This document shows, piece after piece, positions 53,001-64,000 of a stretch of DNA of 64,000 bases. A program made the position numbers and the translations under genes. Origin of the DNA: Nageia nagi. Its lineage: Eukaryota; Plantae; Pinophyta. The DNA lies in assembly GCA_050084985.1 (NCBI GenBank), contig JBITNC010000001.1, forward strand, positions 116,560,001 through 116,624,000, in the 5' to 3' direction. Within the stretch, counting starts at the first letter, position 1, and each line of letters opens with the position of its first letter. The notes beneath the pieces were generated by a model. It was not told the DNA's origin and ran no database searches. It saw nothing but the letters and a program-made list of their open reading frames with translations.

Positions 53001-53650
53001 AATGTCATCCAAAATATGAAATTGCTAACATGATTATTGGAACAACCAATGAACACAAGAATGTGAAGGTCAATGCTAGTATAGAATCAGAATGGTTGGA
53101 TATATACTCAAAATTCTTAAAGAAAAATAAGGATGTATTTTCTTGGGAGTACAATGAACTCAAAATGTTTGAGACCAATATCCTTACTCATATCTTTCCA
53201 CTAAAAAAGGGGACTAGAAAATCACCATATGAGCTAGTATATGTCAAGAGGATTTTCTTCCATGTGTTATTAAAGAAAGGGTATTAGAACTTATGATTGA
53301 AGAAGAAGAACACAACATTCCATTACAAAAAATACTAAATGATCTGCTAGAGTTGCAAGATATTGAAAGAAAGAAATGCTTCATACTTTTAGATCAAGCT
53401 CTGAAGACTACAACATATTTTAGTAAGAAGGTCAGAGGAAAAATATTTGGCTTATATTGCATAGTACCATATTGAGATCCAAGGAATAATTAGCATAGAA
53501 AGAAAGAAAAACTTACAACAAATTAGCTTTGGCATTATCAAATTTCTAAGATGGTGGAAAGCCATACCTATAAGTTGAATAGACTGGATGCTTATTAAAT
53601 TTTATTGCTAATCAATGGCTAAATACTCAAGAGATACTATCCACCTAATT
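50029..53650 (+). pseudogene. pol: gag - protease - additional RNase H - truncated RT fused to integrase C-terminus
   Basis: gag 'LPIFEGNNVVTREEHI...LKLFYHSLSKDARD'; PR 'LLDFGATINVM' (~51741); aRH 'WILYFDGAKS...NNIVKYEALLLG' (~52308-52465); pre-RT 'FLKKNKDVFSWEYNELK...THIFPLKKG' joined at ~53212 to INT 'TRKSPYELVY'. Confidence 0.85.
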
Positions 53651-53855
53651 AAGACAACTAAGGCATTCTTTCTTCTTTCTATACATACAAGTTTGTAAAT
53701 AGTTTTTTTTAATAGGTTAGGAGTGTTTTCAAAATGTTTTATTTCAAACCAACTTAGAGTAGAAAGGTATTAGAGTTAGGAATTTTTCTTATATCAAAGA
53801 TAGTTGTAGTTCTCAAATACCTCATTAATTCAATAATTATTGTAGTTAGAGCCTA

Positions 53856-56800
53856 TGTAAGCACACTTATAAATTTATCCATTTTTTACAAAATAATTTT
53901 ACACATTTGCACCAAAACCTTAGTCTAAATAGCTCTAGAAATGTTGTAAATTATGTCAAATAGTTTGTAGGTGTCATTTTGTTTCATTTTTGTCCTTGGA
54001 AACCTTAAAATGCATCAAGTTGGTCCATCGCATAAGGATCATTTCTATCACATAATATTTATCTCCATCACATAAGGCTCATTTTAACTATATAAGACTT
54101 AAATTACCTCATTGCATAAGATTTTCTTCCTCTGCATAAGGAATACCTTCTCTACATAAGAGTTCTATCATCCACATAAAGTCATTTAAGCTTGCAAAAA
54201 TCCTAGTTTCATCACAAAAGCCATAAACCCTTGGCATAAAATCCTAGCTTCCTTGCACAAGCATTATTGTCTATATAAGCCCTTTAAAAGGCTTGTTGAA
54301 TCTGTAATATATATTACTAATAGTTTACTTGAATTTTAGGTATTATAATAAGGTCTTCTAATTATTTGAAAGGTCCACCAAGTGTACAATAGGTGTTTCA
54401 ATTATCTATATTATCTACCCATAGTCATGGTGGTGGTATCGGGTACAAAAAATAGTTTTCAAGTCTATGCAAGTTCACCAATGATGTGAACGATAGGAGA
54501 AGGATGTAACAAAGTTAGGTGCTAGAAAAGGTGTACAAAAAGCATTTGAATTTGGTAGATATTTGATAGAGTAGAGTAGGCCAAATTTTGTTGGAATAGT
54601 AGAGAAATACACATTTGAATTTGTTAGAAATTTGATAGAATGAAGAAGAACAAATTTTATTTAAATAATGGAGAAATTAGATAACTTCATTTTTTGCAGC
54701 AAAAGTCCTATCAATGGTAGTTAACCATACATCATGTTGAATCAGAGTCAAATAACCATATGAAGTATTCTAATTGAGAGATTTGAGCTTTAACTATTCA
54801 ATTTGAAGTATGCCAAAATAATTTCATCAGAATAGTATTGTTTCTTTTGTATTTGGTTTTGATAGGTCCATCAAAAGTGTGCCTAGATACTACTAAAACT
54901 TTGGAAAAATATTTAAACTCATTGGAGATAAATGATAGGAGGTAAGATTAGGTATTTGTAGATCAAATTAAGCACCAAACTAAAGCTTAAATAATCAATC
55001 TAGTATTGATGATTAAGATAAGGGGTAGAACAATGAATCAAGGTACCAATAAATACATCCTACAAATATATTAAAGCATAAATATAACATGAAGTGGCAA
55101 TAATGGATTTTGGTACCAAGATGGAGGTTTTGAAAAAGTTAAGTGTTGTAAAAAGTGTGCAAATTTTTTAAGTCATATCTACTCTTGGATATGGTTGACA
55201 TAATTCATGCTACTTTAGATCCCATAAGGAAATTTGTTTATTAATTTTATATGCATAGAAAAGGAAATTTGTATTTTGAATGGTGGAGATGACATCAGCA
55301 TCCTTCATATTATAAAAGATATTTCAAAATACATTCTCTAGCTAAAAGTAAAAGAATTCTAAACTCTAGAGAGAATTAACATCATCAAGGTCATTCACAC
55401 TTTGAAAATACAATAATATAAAGAAAATATACACTTTGAAGAGATTTGATGTCATACAATTTTACCACATTGTGAAAGTATAAGGATTATGAAGGCATCT
55501 ACATTGAAAAACAATATGATGCCAAGCTATCAGATCCACATCTTGGATTCAAAAAAAAGAAAACTCTATAGTATGCACTTCTCTAGAAGATGAACATCCA
55601 CTACCTCTCTGGTCTTGCCATGTATCTTTCAACATTTTGGAATTATTACTATCAAATCAAGACTTTGAGCTCTAGACTATATCAAAACTAGTACAAAGAA
55701 GAAACCTAAAAGGTCACCATGTATTTCAAAATACTCTCTCTATAATCTAAAATATGCTAATGTTATTCTATCATTCTATAATGTAGATTCTTTAGATGAC
55801 ACTAAAGAATTATCCTTGTATCTTGATTTCAATATAGATTGCCTAAAGGAGAATGCATATTCAATCTAGATTCAAAGATCATGTCTGTAGATCCTTCATG
55901 ATCATCAAATACCCTTATTTGATAAGATTGAAATTAAAATATGAGAAGATAGGGTTATCAGGTAACTGACTTAGTAATATTTGATATATAATATCATATT
56001 GCTAAGTTGAGACCAAGGTAATAACTTCTATAGCTACATTTCTAAGAAGAGTCTAATCAAGGAAAAGGGTCAAACACTTTTAATACATACTATAATAACT
56101 ATAAGGGAAATTAAATCCATGAATATTCCATATACAATTACATAATTTGATCATAACAAAACCCTTACTTGAGTTGATATCAATATGTAGCTTGAAGATA
56201 GGATAAATCATTATCAACCTTTAGGGATGATTGCAATTTTGAAACAAGAATAGGAAAAGGCTTATATCAAGTTAAGGTGTCATTAACAATTTATTATTAT
56301 TTTCATAGGAGGACATCATGTTCTATGAGGAAAGTGTTGGAGTCAAGAATAAATCCTTTAAAATGAAGAAATTAGTTAGTGGGAATAGTGTATGGGTTCA
56401 TGACACCAAGATGAAAATATTCGATTGGAAGAAGCAACTTCCAAATTGGAATTTTCTCAATTCAAAAGTTAACATGATGAAAGAGACACCTTAATCATGT
56501 CAAATGAGTGGTAGTAAGGATTATTTTTGAAATAGAATCAATTAGCTTTAGTTTGTTATAGATTCTTCATGCTTCTACAAATACCAAAGGAGAAGGAGGG
56601 AGAAAGGGTCTTTCTCCAATTTTGCAACTTAGTTACCAAGGGTAATCACCAAGTTGTAGATTATTTAAATCATAGATACTTCTACAAGCCAAGTACAAAG
56701 TAGCTATTCTAGGAAAGTATTTTATATTTTTGTTACAAGTATTGCTGCATAAATAAATAATCATTTGAGTTATTACAATTCTCTTTTTTGTGTAAGAAAG

Positions 56801-57369
56801 TATTATTGTACTTTATGGGTAGAGTTTTTATATTAATTAAAATGGTGATACTATTCTTGGTTTAATTCATATGTCATGTGTGAATGATTTATGTTCCATT
56901 TATCAGATGTTACATCATTTGAATGTTTGATTGTTGTTCCTCTTAGTATTTAATAGTTTATCTATTACATTATTTGAATGGATAAATGTATGAATGCTAT
57001 ATCATTCTATATTTAGTCTTCTATGAGTTATGTATGACTCTCTACCCAATGTCTATATAAGGGCATTGGTCTACTTGCTATTTTAAGATTATTTTTCTTG
57101 AAGATAAGTCCATTTTTCTTTTAAACAAACAAGTAGAATAGGAATACTAATGAGTTCATTCAAGAGAAATGACAAAATCTTAAGTAAAATCATTAAAGGG
57201 TTACATTATTGGGCATTAAGGGTACATATATTGCATGTAATGTGGAATTGTAACCCAAAAAGGATATTATAGCTAGGTATTCTTATATATCTATTGATAC
57301 TAAGGGGATTTTATGCTTAGTGACACTAGTTTGATGAAAATCGAAGGGGTGTGAAATTTTATCACAATA
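53856..57369 (+). repeat. 3' LTR (3514 bp)
   Basis: tgtaagcacac...atcacaata followed by the TSD. Contains a ~20-bp-period CATAAG array (54025-54280; counterpart 41150-41390). Confidence 0.92.
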
Positions 57370-57374
57370 ATACC

Positions 57375-60300
57375 TATGTTAAAATTTTATGTGTCTTCAT
57401 TGTTTTATAATTTTATTTTTTAGTATAATGAATATTTCATGCATATTAATGTGTTAGGGATTGACTAATTCCTCAATAATTAAACCTACATTAAGTTAAT
57501 AATTTGTATTTGAATATCTTGTAAACGCTATAAGTTCAAGGTGATTGCAGATCATGTGGTATTAGAGAAAAAGTTTGTGATTAAATAGGATTGTGAATGC
57601 ATGTAAGAAGATCTTAGAATGGAGAATTGGTTCCTTATAACCATAATATTATTTTAAGAGAAAAAATAAATATTAGTATGGAGAGGACTAAGGAAGAACA
57701 ACCCATTTGAAGAATGCTTGAAGTAAATTATGAGAGAAGGTTTATTGCAATGGAATAAGATGTGATTCAACTCATGGAGATGATGATGAGAAATTAGAAT
57801 TAGTTTAGGAATGAAAAGGATGGATAACTATAATATAGTTTAGAAATAGTGAGGATGCAGGAAACCTAGCTCTTCTTCTTCTTTAGTATAATTTCCTTCC
57901 AAAGAGGAAGTCAATTTTGAAATTCTAACAATTGAAGAGGATATTGGTGATGAGAAGATGAATAATTAGATAAAGTAACTTGAGGTATATTTCTATATCT
58001 AATTTATATTGAGTGATGAGTATGAATTTAATTTATAAGATTGAAATGGGGGGTTATGCACTTATTTAGTGGGAAGCACATGTTTAATCCCATAGGCATG
58101 AGAACCAACCACCTATCTCTTCTTGGGATGAGTTCATAAAGGTTCTTAGAGATCAATTATATTCATTTGTATATCATAATAAGAAGTTGATTAAATATAA
58201 TTATTTTTTACAATTAAAAAAATTAGCCTAACATTACAACAAAAAATTTAGAAGACAAGCTACCTTGTTGAAATGGTTTTTTGAAATATAGAACAATTTT
58301 GATAAACATGTCAAAGGATTACATATTCATTTGCGAAGATTTATAATTTTTTTCAACCCATCATATTTGGATAGAGTATTCAAGAACAATAACTTGAGGA
58401 ATATGGAAATTAGAAGCAACATGGTGATTCCAATTATTCCAATAAAAGTAATTTGAAAAGTGGACTTGATAAGGAAAACACCTAAGAAAAAGTTAAGGGA
58501 GAGCAAAAAGAGAAGGATACTACCACTACCAAGAAAGATGGAAGAAATAAGCATTATTCACATTATGAAAAGGATGGACATTTTGAGAATAGGTGGTGGA
58601 AACATCACCTTGAAAAGAATCCTTATAGAAAGAAGAATTTTAATAATTCTTAAAACAAGAATTATATGGCCACTAGGAGTGAAAGTGTTGATGTTAGCTA
58701 TAAGGTAGAAAAATAAAATACTTTTGCTACAACTTAGAATATTGAAAAACAGGTTAGATGCACTAGGAAGAAAGAGAAATAAGAGGACAAGAAAAATATG
58801 TAACTCTTCCATCTCAAAATTCAAGCAACGAATACTAGAATTGATTAAATTCTTGATCCTAGTTCACAAGTTAACCTCATTATTGATCACTTGGTGAACA
58901 AGTTGGTATTAGAGACTTATAACCATCCTCATCCTTATCCTTTAGGATTGATGCATAAAGATGCTAGTTTGTAAGTTAGCAAATAGTGTAAGTTGACTTT
59001 TCTATTACTAAGAATTTCATTGATGAGGTAGTTCTGGATGTAATACCTCATAATATTTTTGGTGTTGTGTTTGAAAATCCATATCATTGAGATAGAGATA
59101 CCATTTATTTTAGGAAGAAGAACTAATGTAGGTTAGTTAAATATGGGAAATACCATGATGTTAATGCCTATAGGAGAAAAAAGAGAATGAAATTGGTTAT
59201 GGCAAGATAGATAAAGAGATTAATTAATGTCACTAAGAGGTTTGCGTTGGTCATCATTAGACCAAGAGCTTAGTGTTCTACTATGCCAACATTAATGTTG
59301 CATATATATTATTTACCAGCATCAACATTAATCTTAGTACCTACCCTCATACTATAATAAATTTAGATTCAAACCTTGTTGCATGATTTCTCTAACATAT
59401 TTCCTAATCCAAAATTATTACCATCCAAAAGGATTATTGAATATGAAATTTAGTTATTTCCTGATTCTCCACTTCCTAATAATGGGTTGTATAGAAAATA
59501 TATCAAAGAGTGTAAGGATATTAAGTAGTAAATTTGAGAGATTTTGGATAAGGGAGTAATTAAACATAGTACTTCTTCATCTAGATCACATGTGGTCATG
59601 GTATAAAAGAGTGATAGATCATGGATAATGTATGTTGATTATATGATATTGAATAAATTATGACCAAGAATAGTTATCCATTGCCTTGTATTGATGATCT
59701 TATGGATAAAATCAATGGGAGTTATTATTTTAAAAGTTTTATCTCAAGATGGGTATCATAAAGTAATAATTAAGTAATAGGACATTTATAATACTTCTTT
59801 CAATTCAATAAAAGGCTTATTTGAGTGGTTTATATTATGTTTTTTCCTTTGCAATGCACTAGTTACATTTATGAGGGTAATGAATAAAGTTATCATACCT
59901 TACATTGATTCTTTTATTTATGTATACTTAGATGATATTAGTTTTTATAGTAAATCATGGGATGAGCACCTTGAACATCCTAGACAAGTGCTTACAACTC
60001 TAAAAAATGAAAAATTGGTTTTGAAATTGAGTAAGTGTGATTTTGGAATACATATTTTGTTGTAATTTCAACATGTTGTAGGTTATGGAAAACTAAAGAT
60101 TGATCTTGATAAGGTAAGAGTCATTATTGAGTGGCCTAGACCATGTAATATGATTGAAACTTAGATTTTCTTAGGGGTTATTTAGTACCTTAGAAAATCC
60201 ATTAATTTTTCTCATATTGCTTCTCCATTGCATGATATAACCAATGAAAGGTCTATTTTTCAATGGGGTAAGAAGAAATAGTTTTCATTTGATTTTATTA

Positions 60301-61050
60301 AGGAGAAGGTATTGAATGTAACTATATTGGAATATTTTAATTTGTAGAAGACTTTTAGAATTGATATTAATGCAAGTTACTATGCCATGGGAGTAGTTTT
60401 GATGCAAGGAAGGAGACTTGTATGTTATCATTCTAAGATGTTTAGTGGAGCTATTATTATTTATCATACCTAAGAAAAAACAAATTTTCTCTAGTTCAAG
60501 TTGTTAAAAAGTACAAACATTATTTGGTGGGAAGATAAACTATGATTCATACTAACCATCAATATTTTCAATATTTGTAAACTAAGTACACTTGCAAAAG
60601 GCCAACCATTTTCATTTTATGGGATTGTTACAATAATTTCATCTCATAATCAAGTACAATAAGGGAAGCACTAACAAAATTATAGATATGTTATCCAAGA
60701 TACCAATACTAATGCTAGGTTTACCTAATACTGACTTAATATTTTAGTCATGTTTGTGATGAGGAGAATTATTTTCATGTGAAGCATGGACTGCTTTATA
60801 AGTTATATTATTTATGTGTTCCTAAAGAGGAGAGATTTTAGTTGATCAAGGAGCTAATTCATATCAAATTTCTAGATATTTTGGTATTGGAAATACCTTA
60901 AAAAATATTTGAAGTTATGTGTATTGGATTAAAATGTAAGATCAAGTTACAAGGTACATTAAACATTGTGTGATATTTTATATTATTAAGATTGAAAATC
61001 ATAAATTAGGTTGTATTAATAAATTCCTATTCCCAATAGACCTTGGGAGT
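57375..61050 (+). mobile_element. Degenerate Ty3/Gypsy (chromovirus-branch) element: LTR end, PBS, gag, PR, RT, RH, start of INT
   Basis: LTR end ...gatca at 57554 and PBS tggtattagag at 57557. Knuckle remnant 'HYSHYEKDGHFENRWW'; PR 'ILDPSSQVNLI...HPHPYPLG'; RT 'YLDDI' (ORF 59871); RH 'INASYYAMGVVL'; INT 'IPNRPWE'. The upstream part of the LTR probably lies left of 40980. Confidence 0.88.
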
Positions 61051-61941
61051 GAAGGAGGTTAATGTAGCATGTTTGAATTTCTTCCAATGATTTTATTTCT
61101 TATAGATCTAATTCTCTCCAATGGCTACTCACCATCTCTCACCTACCAAGTTTATTATGTTGTAGGAATACCATTGAGCATTGAAAACTCAAAAATTTTA
61201 TCCTTAGACTATATATCTAATTTTATACTCCTTTATGGACACCCATACCTTTCTTTGAATTTGTGGGAACTTCATTTATGTTTTGTTGACTTCTTTGAGC
61301 AGATTTGATATCCATGAGTTCTTATGGAATCTTCTGAACTCCATTTTATTCTTGTATAAAGAGTGATTTTATTTCCTATTCCATGAGAGAATGTTTATTT
61401 ATGTAATGTTATGCTACTATTTTCTACATAGAATATAAAGCATTCATATTTGCTTTGCAATACCTTATGGTTGTGTGGTGTGTTTTCTCTTTTCAAAGCT
61501 TGTATGCATGAGAAACACTTACAAATATTCATAGAATATTTTTATCTCTAATATAAGATAATATTTATTTATTTGGGGTTATTTTACTTCATTGGTACTT
61601 GTTTGTATTCCCATATTTGAGAAAATAGTTTTGATATTTTGTGATTATGTCAAATTACCTTATTTTGGATCAGTTTACTTTTGAGTACTAGATCTTTCTA
61701 TTTATATATCCATTTCTTGTGATTCCTTCTTGGTTGGATAGCTAGTTTCAATAAATTTACAACCATATATATTATGCCATCATTATTGGTGTAACACACT
61801 TACAAATCCCAAAATACAAAACCTATCTTTATTGAAGTCTTGCTCCATGAATTCTTGAAGTCTTTTACTTCAAGATCACTTTTTACCCCTTCATATTTCT
61901 CTAAATTATTTTATATCTTCACCATTGGATAGAAAATTTCA

Positions 61942-64000
61942 TGTTGATCACTTTGATGGCTCATAGTGCTAGGTTTCTTTAAGAATCGCATAAGTTACAA
62001 GCTTTGTAATTTTTCCTATTCTTACTGATGTCATCACATTTTAGACTACAGATTTTGCATTTTGGCTTCTTTTCCATACTTCAAATTCACTTGATAATTT
62101 AATCACTCTTTGGAACATAGATTACACACTTTGGCCTCAATCATACACTCTAAATTTGCATTTTGATGTCATCACTCTTTGAACTATAGATTCCACACTT
62201 TTAATTTTCTCAAAAATTCAGACAATTTCTATCACCCTCAAACTATCAGAACTTTTGAATTTCTAAATTACATTTATTTTTTTAGATTTATTCAAAACTC
62301 TTTCTTTAACACTTTCATTTTCTTTAGTATTTTTAACATTTTTAAAGATCCTACCAATCCTCATGTACTAAATTCTCCTAAAACTCTGACCAAATTTATG
62401 GTATTAGACCTTGGAGGCTTAAGCATTGAAAATCATCATTTGGATTTCAATATCTTATCTTGAGCCTATTTGATTCAAATTATTCAATTGTATTAGATCC
62501 ATATGTCTATTGGGTTAAATGGATCCAAAGAATGGAAATTATTTGTAGTTGCAGATCACTATGTTTAGTGGAAAATACTATGAATATTGGAGCATTTGGA
62601 TGCAAACTTTTCTCATCTCACAAGACTTTTCTCTCAAGGATATGTTGAACTTGATGCTATAATCTTTTCTACACTTACAATATATGAATGAAAAGAGCTC
62701 CTAGATACACAAAAGAAGGATTTCAAAACTTTATTTGCTATACAAAGTGAAATAGTTTTTACCATCTTCCCTAAGATTATAGAATGCAAATTCTCCAAGG
62801 TTTCATGGGACACTCTTGAGAGTGCTTACAAGTAATCAACCAAAGTCAAAGTAGTCAAGTTATGAATTTTGCAAAAGGAGTTTGAATCTGTTCAAATGGG
62901 AGATGTTGAAATTGTTAAATTATTTATGAATAGAGTTCAAGATCTAGTGAGTAGATTGATGATACCTAGATTATTGACAAGGTGTTGAGAAGCCTTACCT
63001 GAAAGTTTTATTACACCATTACTATTGAGGATTCTAAGAAAATAACTCAACTCACTCTCCTAGATCCACTTGGTAGCTTAAAAAATATGAGAACCAAATC
63101 TAGGATAGATTTGAGAACCTATACCAAGCCTTCCAAGGAAAAATCTAGATGAATGATCAAGCTTCTAATTCCTCCAATACAAAATCTAATTTAATAATTC
63201 ATGGTAGAGTCATGGTGGTATCAGTTCTAGAAGAGGAAATCATGGTAGAGGAAGAAATCACCTAGTTGGTAGAAGCTAGTGCTCAACCTATAGGTATTAT
63301 GACTTTTGTGGAAAGGATGATCACATAAAGTGGTATTGCTTCTGAAAGAAGAAGTAGAATGCCAACTACAATGAAGATCAAAATGATGTTCATAATGTCT
63401 TCCTCATCCACAATAACTTTGAAGATATTGATGACCATATTTGGTATCTAGATAGTGGGCGTTTAAATCATATAATTGAGAACAAAATTTATTTACTCAA
63501 CTTGAAGAAAATACTTCTAGAAAATTTTGATTTAGTGATAATAATCAAGCTGATATTTGTAAAACGGTTCAATTGCTTTTAAAGCAAAATATGGAAAAAT
63601 TTTGCATATGCATGATACTTTGTATGTTCTTAACCTAAAGTATAATCTCCTTAGCATTTGTCAGATATGCTTAAAATACTATTATTTAGTCTTATGAAAG
63701 AAGACCTGCACCATCACCAATAAGGTCAATAAGTAAGTTATTGTAAAAACTCTCATGTTTGATAATTGCATGTATATACTAAGGATGCAACTAACAATAG
63801 TTAAATACTTGAATTCCACCAATGATATTTCTTGGTTGTGCACCAAAGATGTGGCCACATCAATTTCAACTCACTTTGTAGATTCTAAACTTGTCCAACC
63901 TCCTCACTACTACCTAACACTTTGTGTGAGAGCTACATTTCTAGGAAACAACATAGAGAGAAATTTCATTCCCATCTACACCACTCAAAGGCACCTTTAG
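61942..64000 (+). mobile_element. Ty1/Copia element, 5' part (LTR, PBS, gag, PR, pre-integrase), truncated by the window end
   Basis: PBS tggtattagacc at 62399. gag 'IFPKIIECKFSKVSWDTLESAY...KEFESVQM', knuckle 'FCGKDDHIKWYC' and PR 'IWYLDSGRLNH' (~63439). LTR start is only approximate. Confidence 0.85.

Larger units (their letters stand above)
40985..57369 (+). mobile_element. Large Tat-like (non-chromovirus) Ty3/Gypsy element with 3.5-kb LTRs, internal deletion and nested Copia
   Basis: Perfect TSD atacc at 40980-40984 and 57370-57374. LTR1 (40985-~42445 plus 47711-49664) aligns with LTR2 (53856-57369). PBS-like tggcactattgtc at 49670. Contains gag, PR, aRH, the RT start and the INT end. 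Confidence 0.93.

Noticed and set aside
58327-58824. Hydrophobic minus-strand ORFs resembling membrane or env proteins
   Set aside because: Reverse complement of the A-rich, Lys/Glu-rich gag region, which trivially yields Phe/Leu/Ile.

Overview
This is AT-rich, strongly CpG-depleted plant intergenic or heterochromatic DNA. A gymnosperm-like large genome is inferred from the transposon lineages and decay pattern, not proven. I found no intact host gene, RNA gene or CRISPR array; every ORF in the track that I can identify is a fragment, or the antisense shadow, of a decayed retroelement. In order, the window holds: (1) an L1-type LINE on the minus strand (~2.0-8.2 kb). (2) A second, internally deleted LINE on the plus strand with a perfect 21-bp TSD (8333-16570), carrying a non-autonomous gag-protease Gypsy element whose 5' part is scrambled into alternating -/+/-/+ segments. 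(3) A ~1.8-kb degenerate palindrome (~16.85-18.67 kb). (4) Copia remnants interrupted by a Tat-clade Gypsy with domain order RT-RH-aRH-INT (22934-30638) and by a rearranged chromovirus cassette (32238-38271). (5) A younger solo LTR with a TGATGTCA/TGAGGTCA motif array. (6) A 16.4-kb Tat-like element with TSD ATACC and domain order PR-aRH-RT; it carries a full-length Copia in its 5' LTR and sits in the LTR of another Gypsy. (7) A final Copia running off the right edge. The most interesting signal is structural. Retroelement pieces recur as fold-back inversions joined by microhomology and short templated fillers, one apparently copied from the flanking target DNA. This suggests integrase-independent capture of cDNA at breaks and potential hairpin-RNA loci. 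I cannot support a novel protein-coding system from this sequence. All alignments were done by eye.
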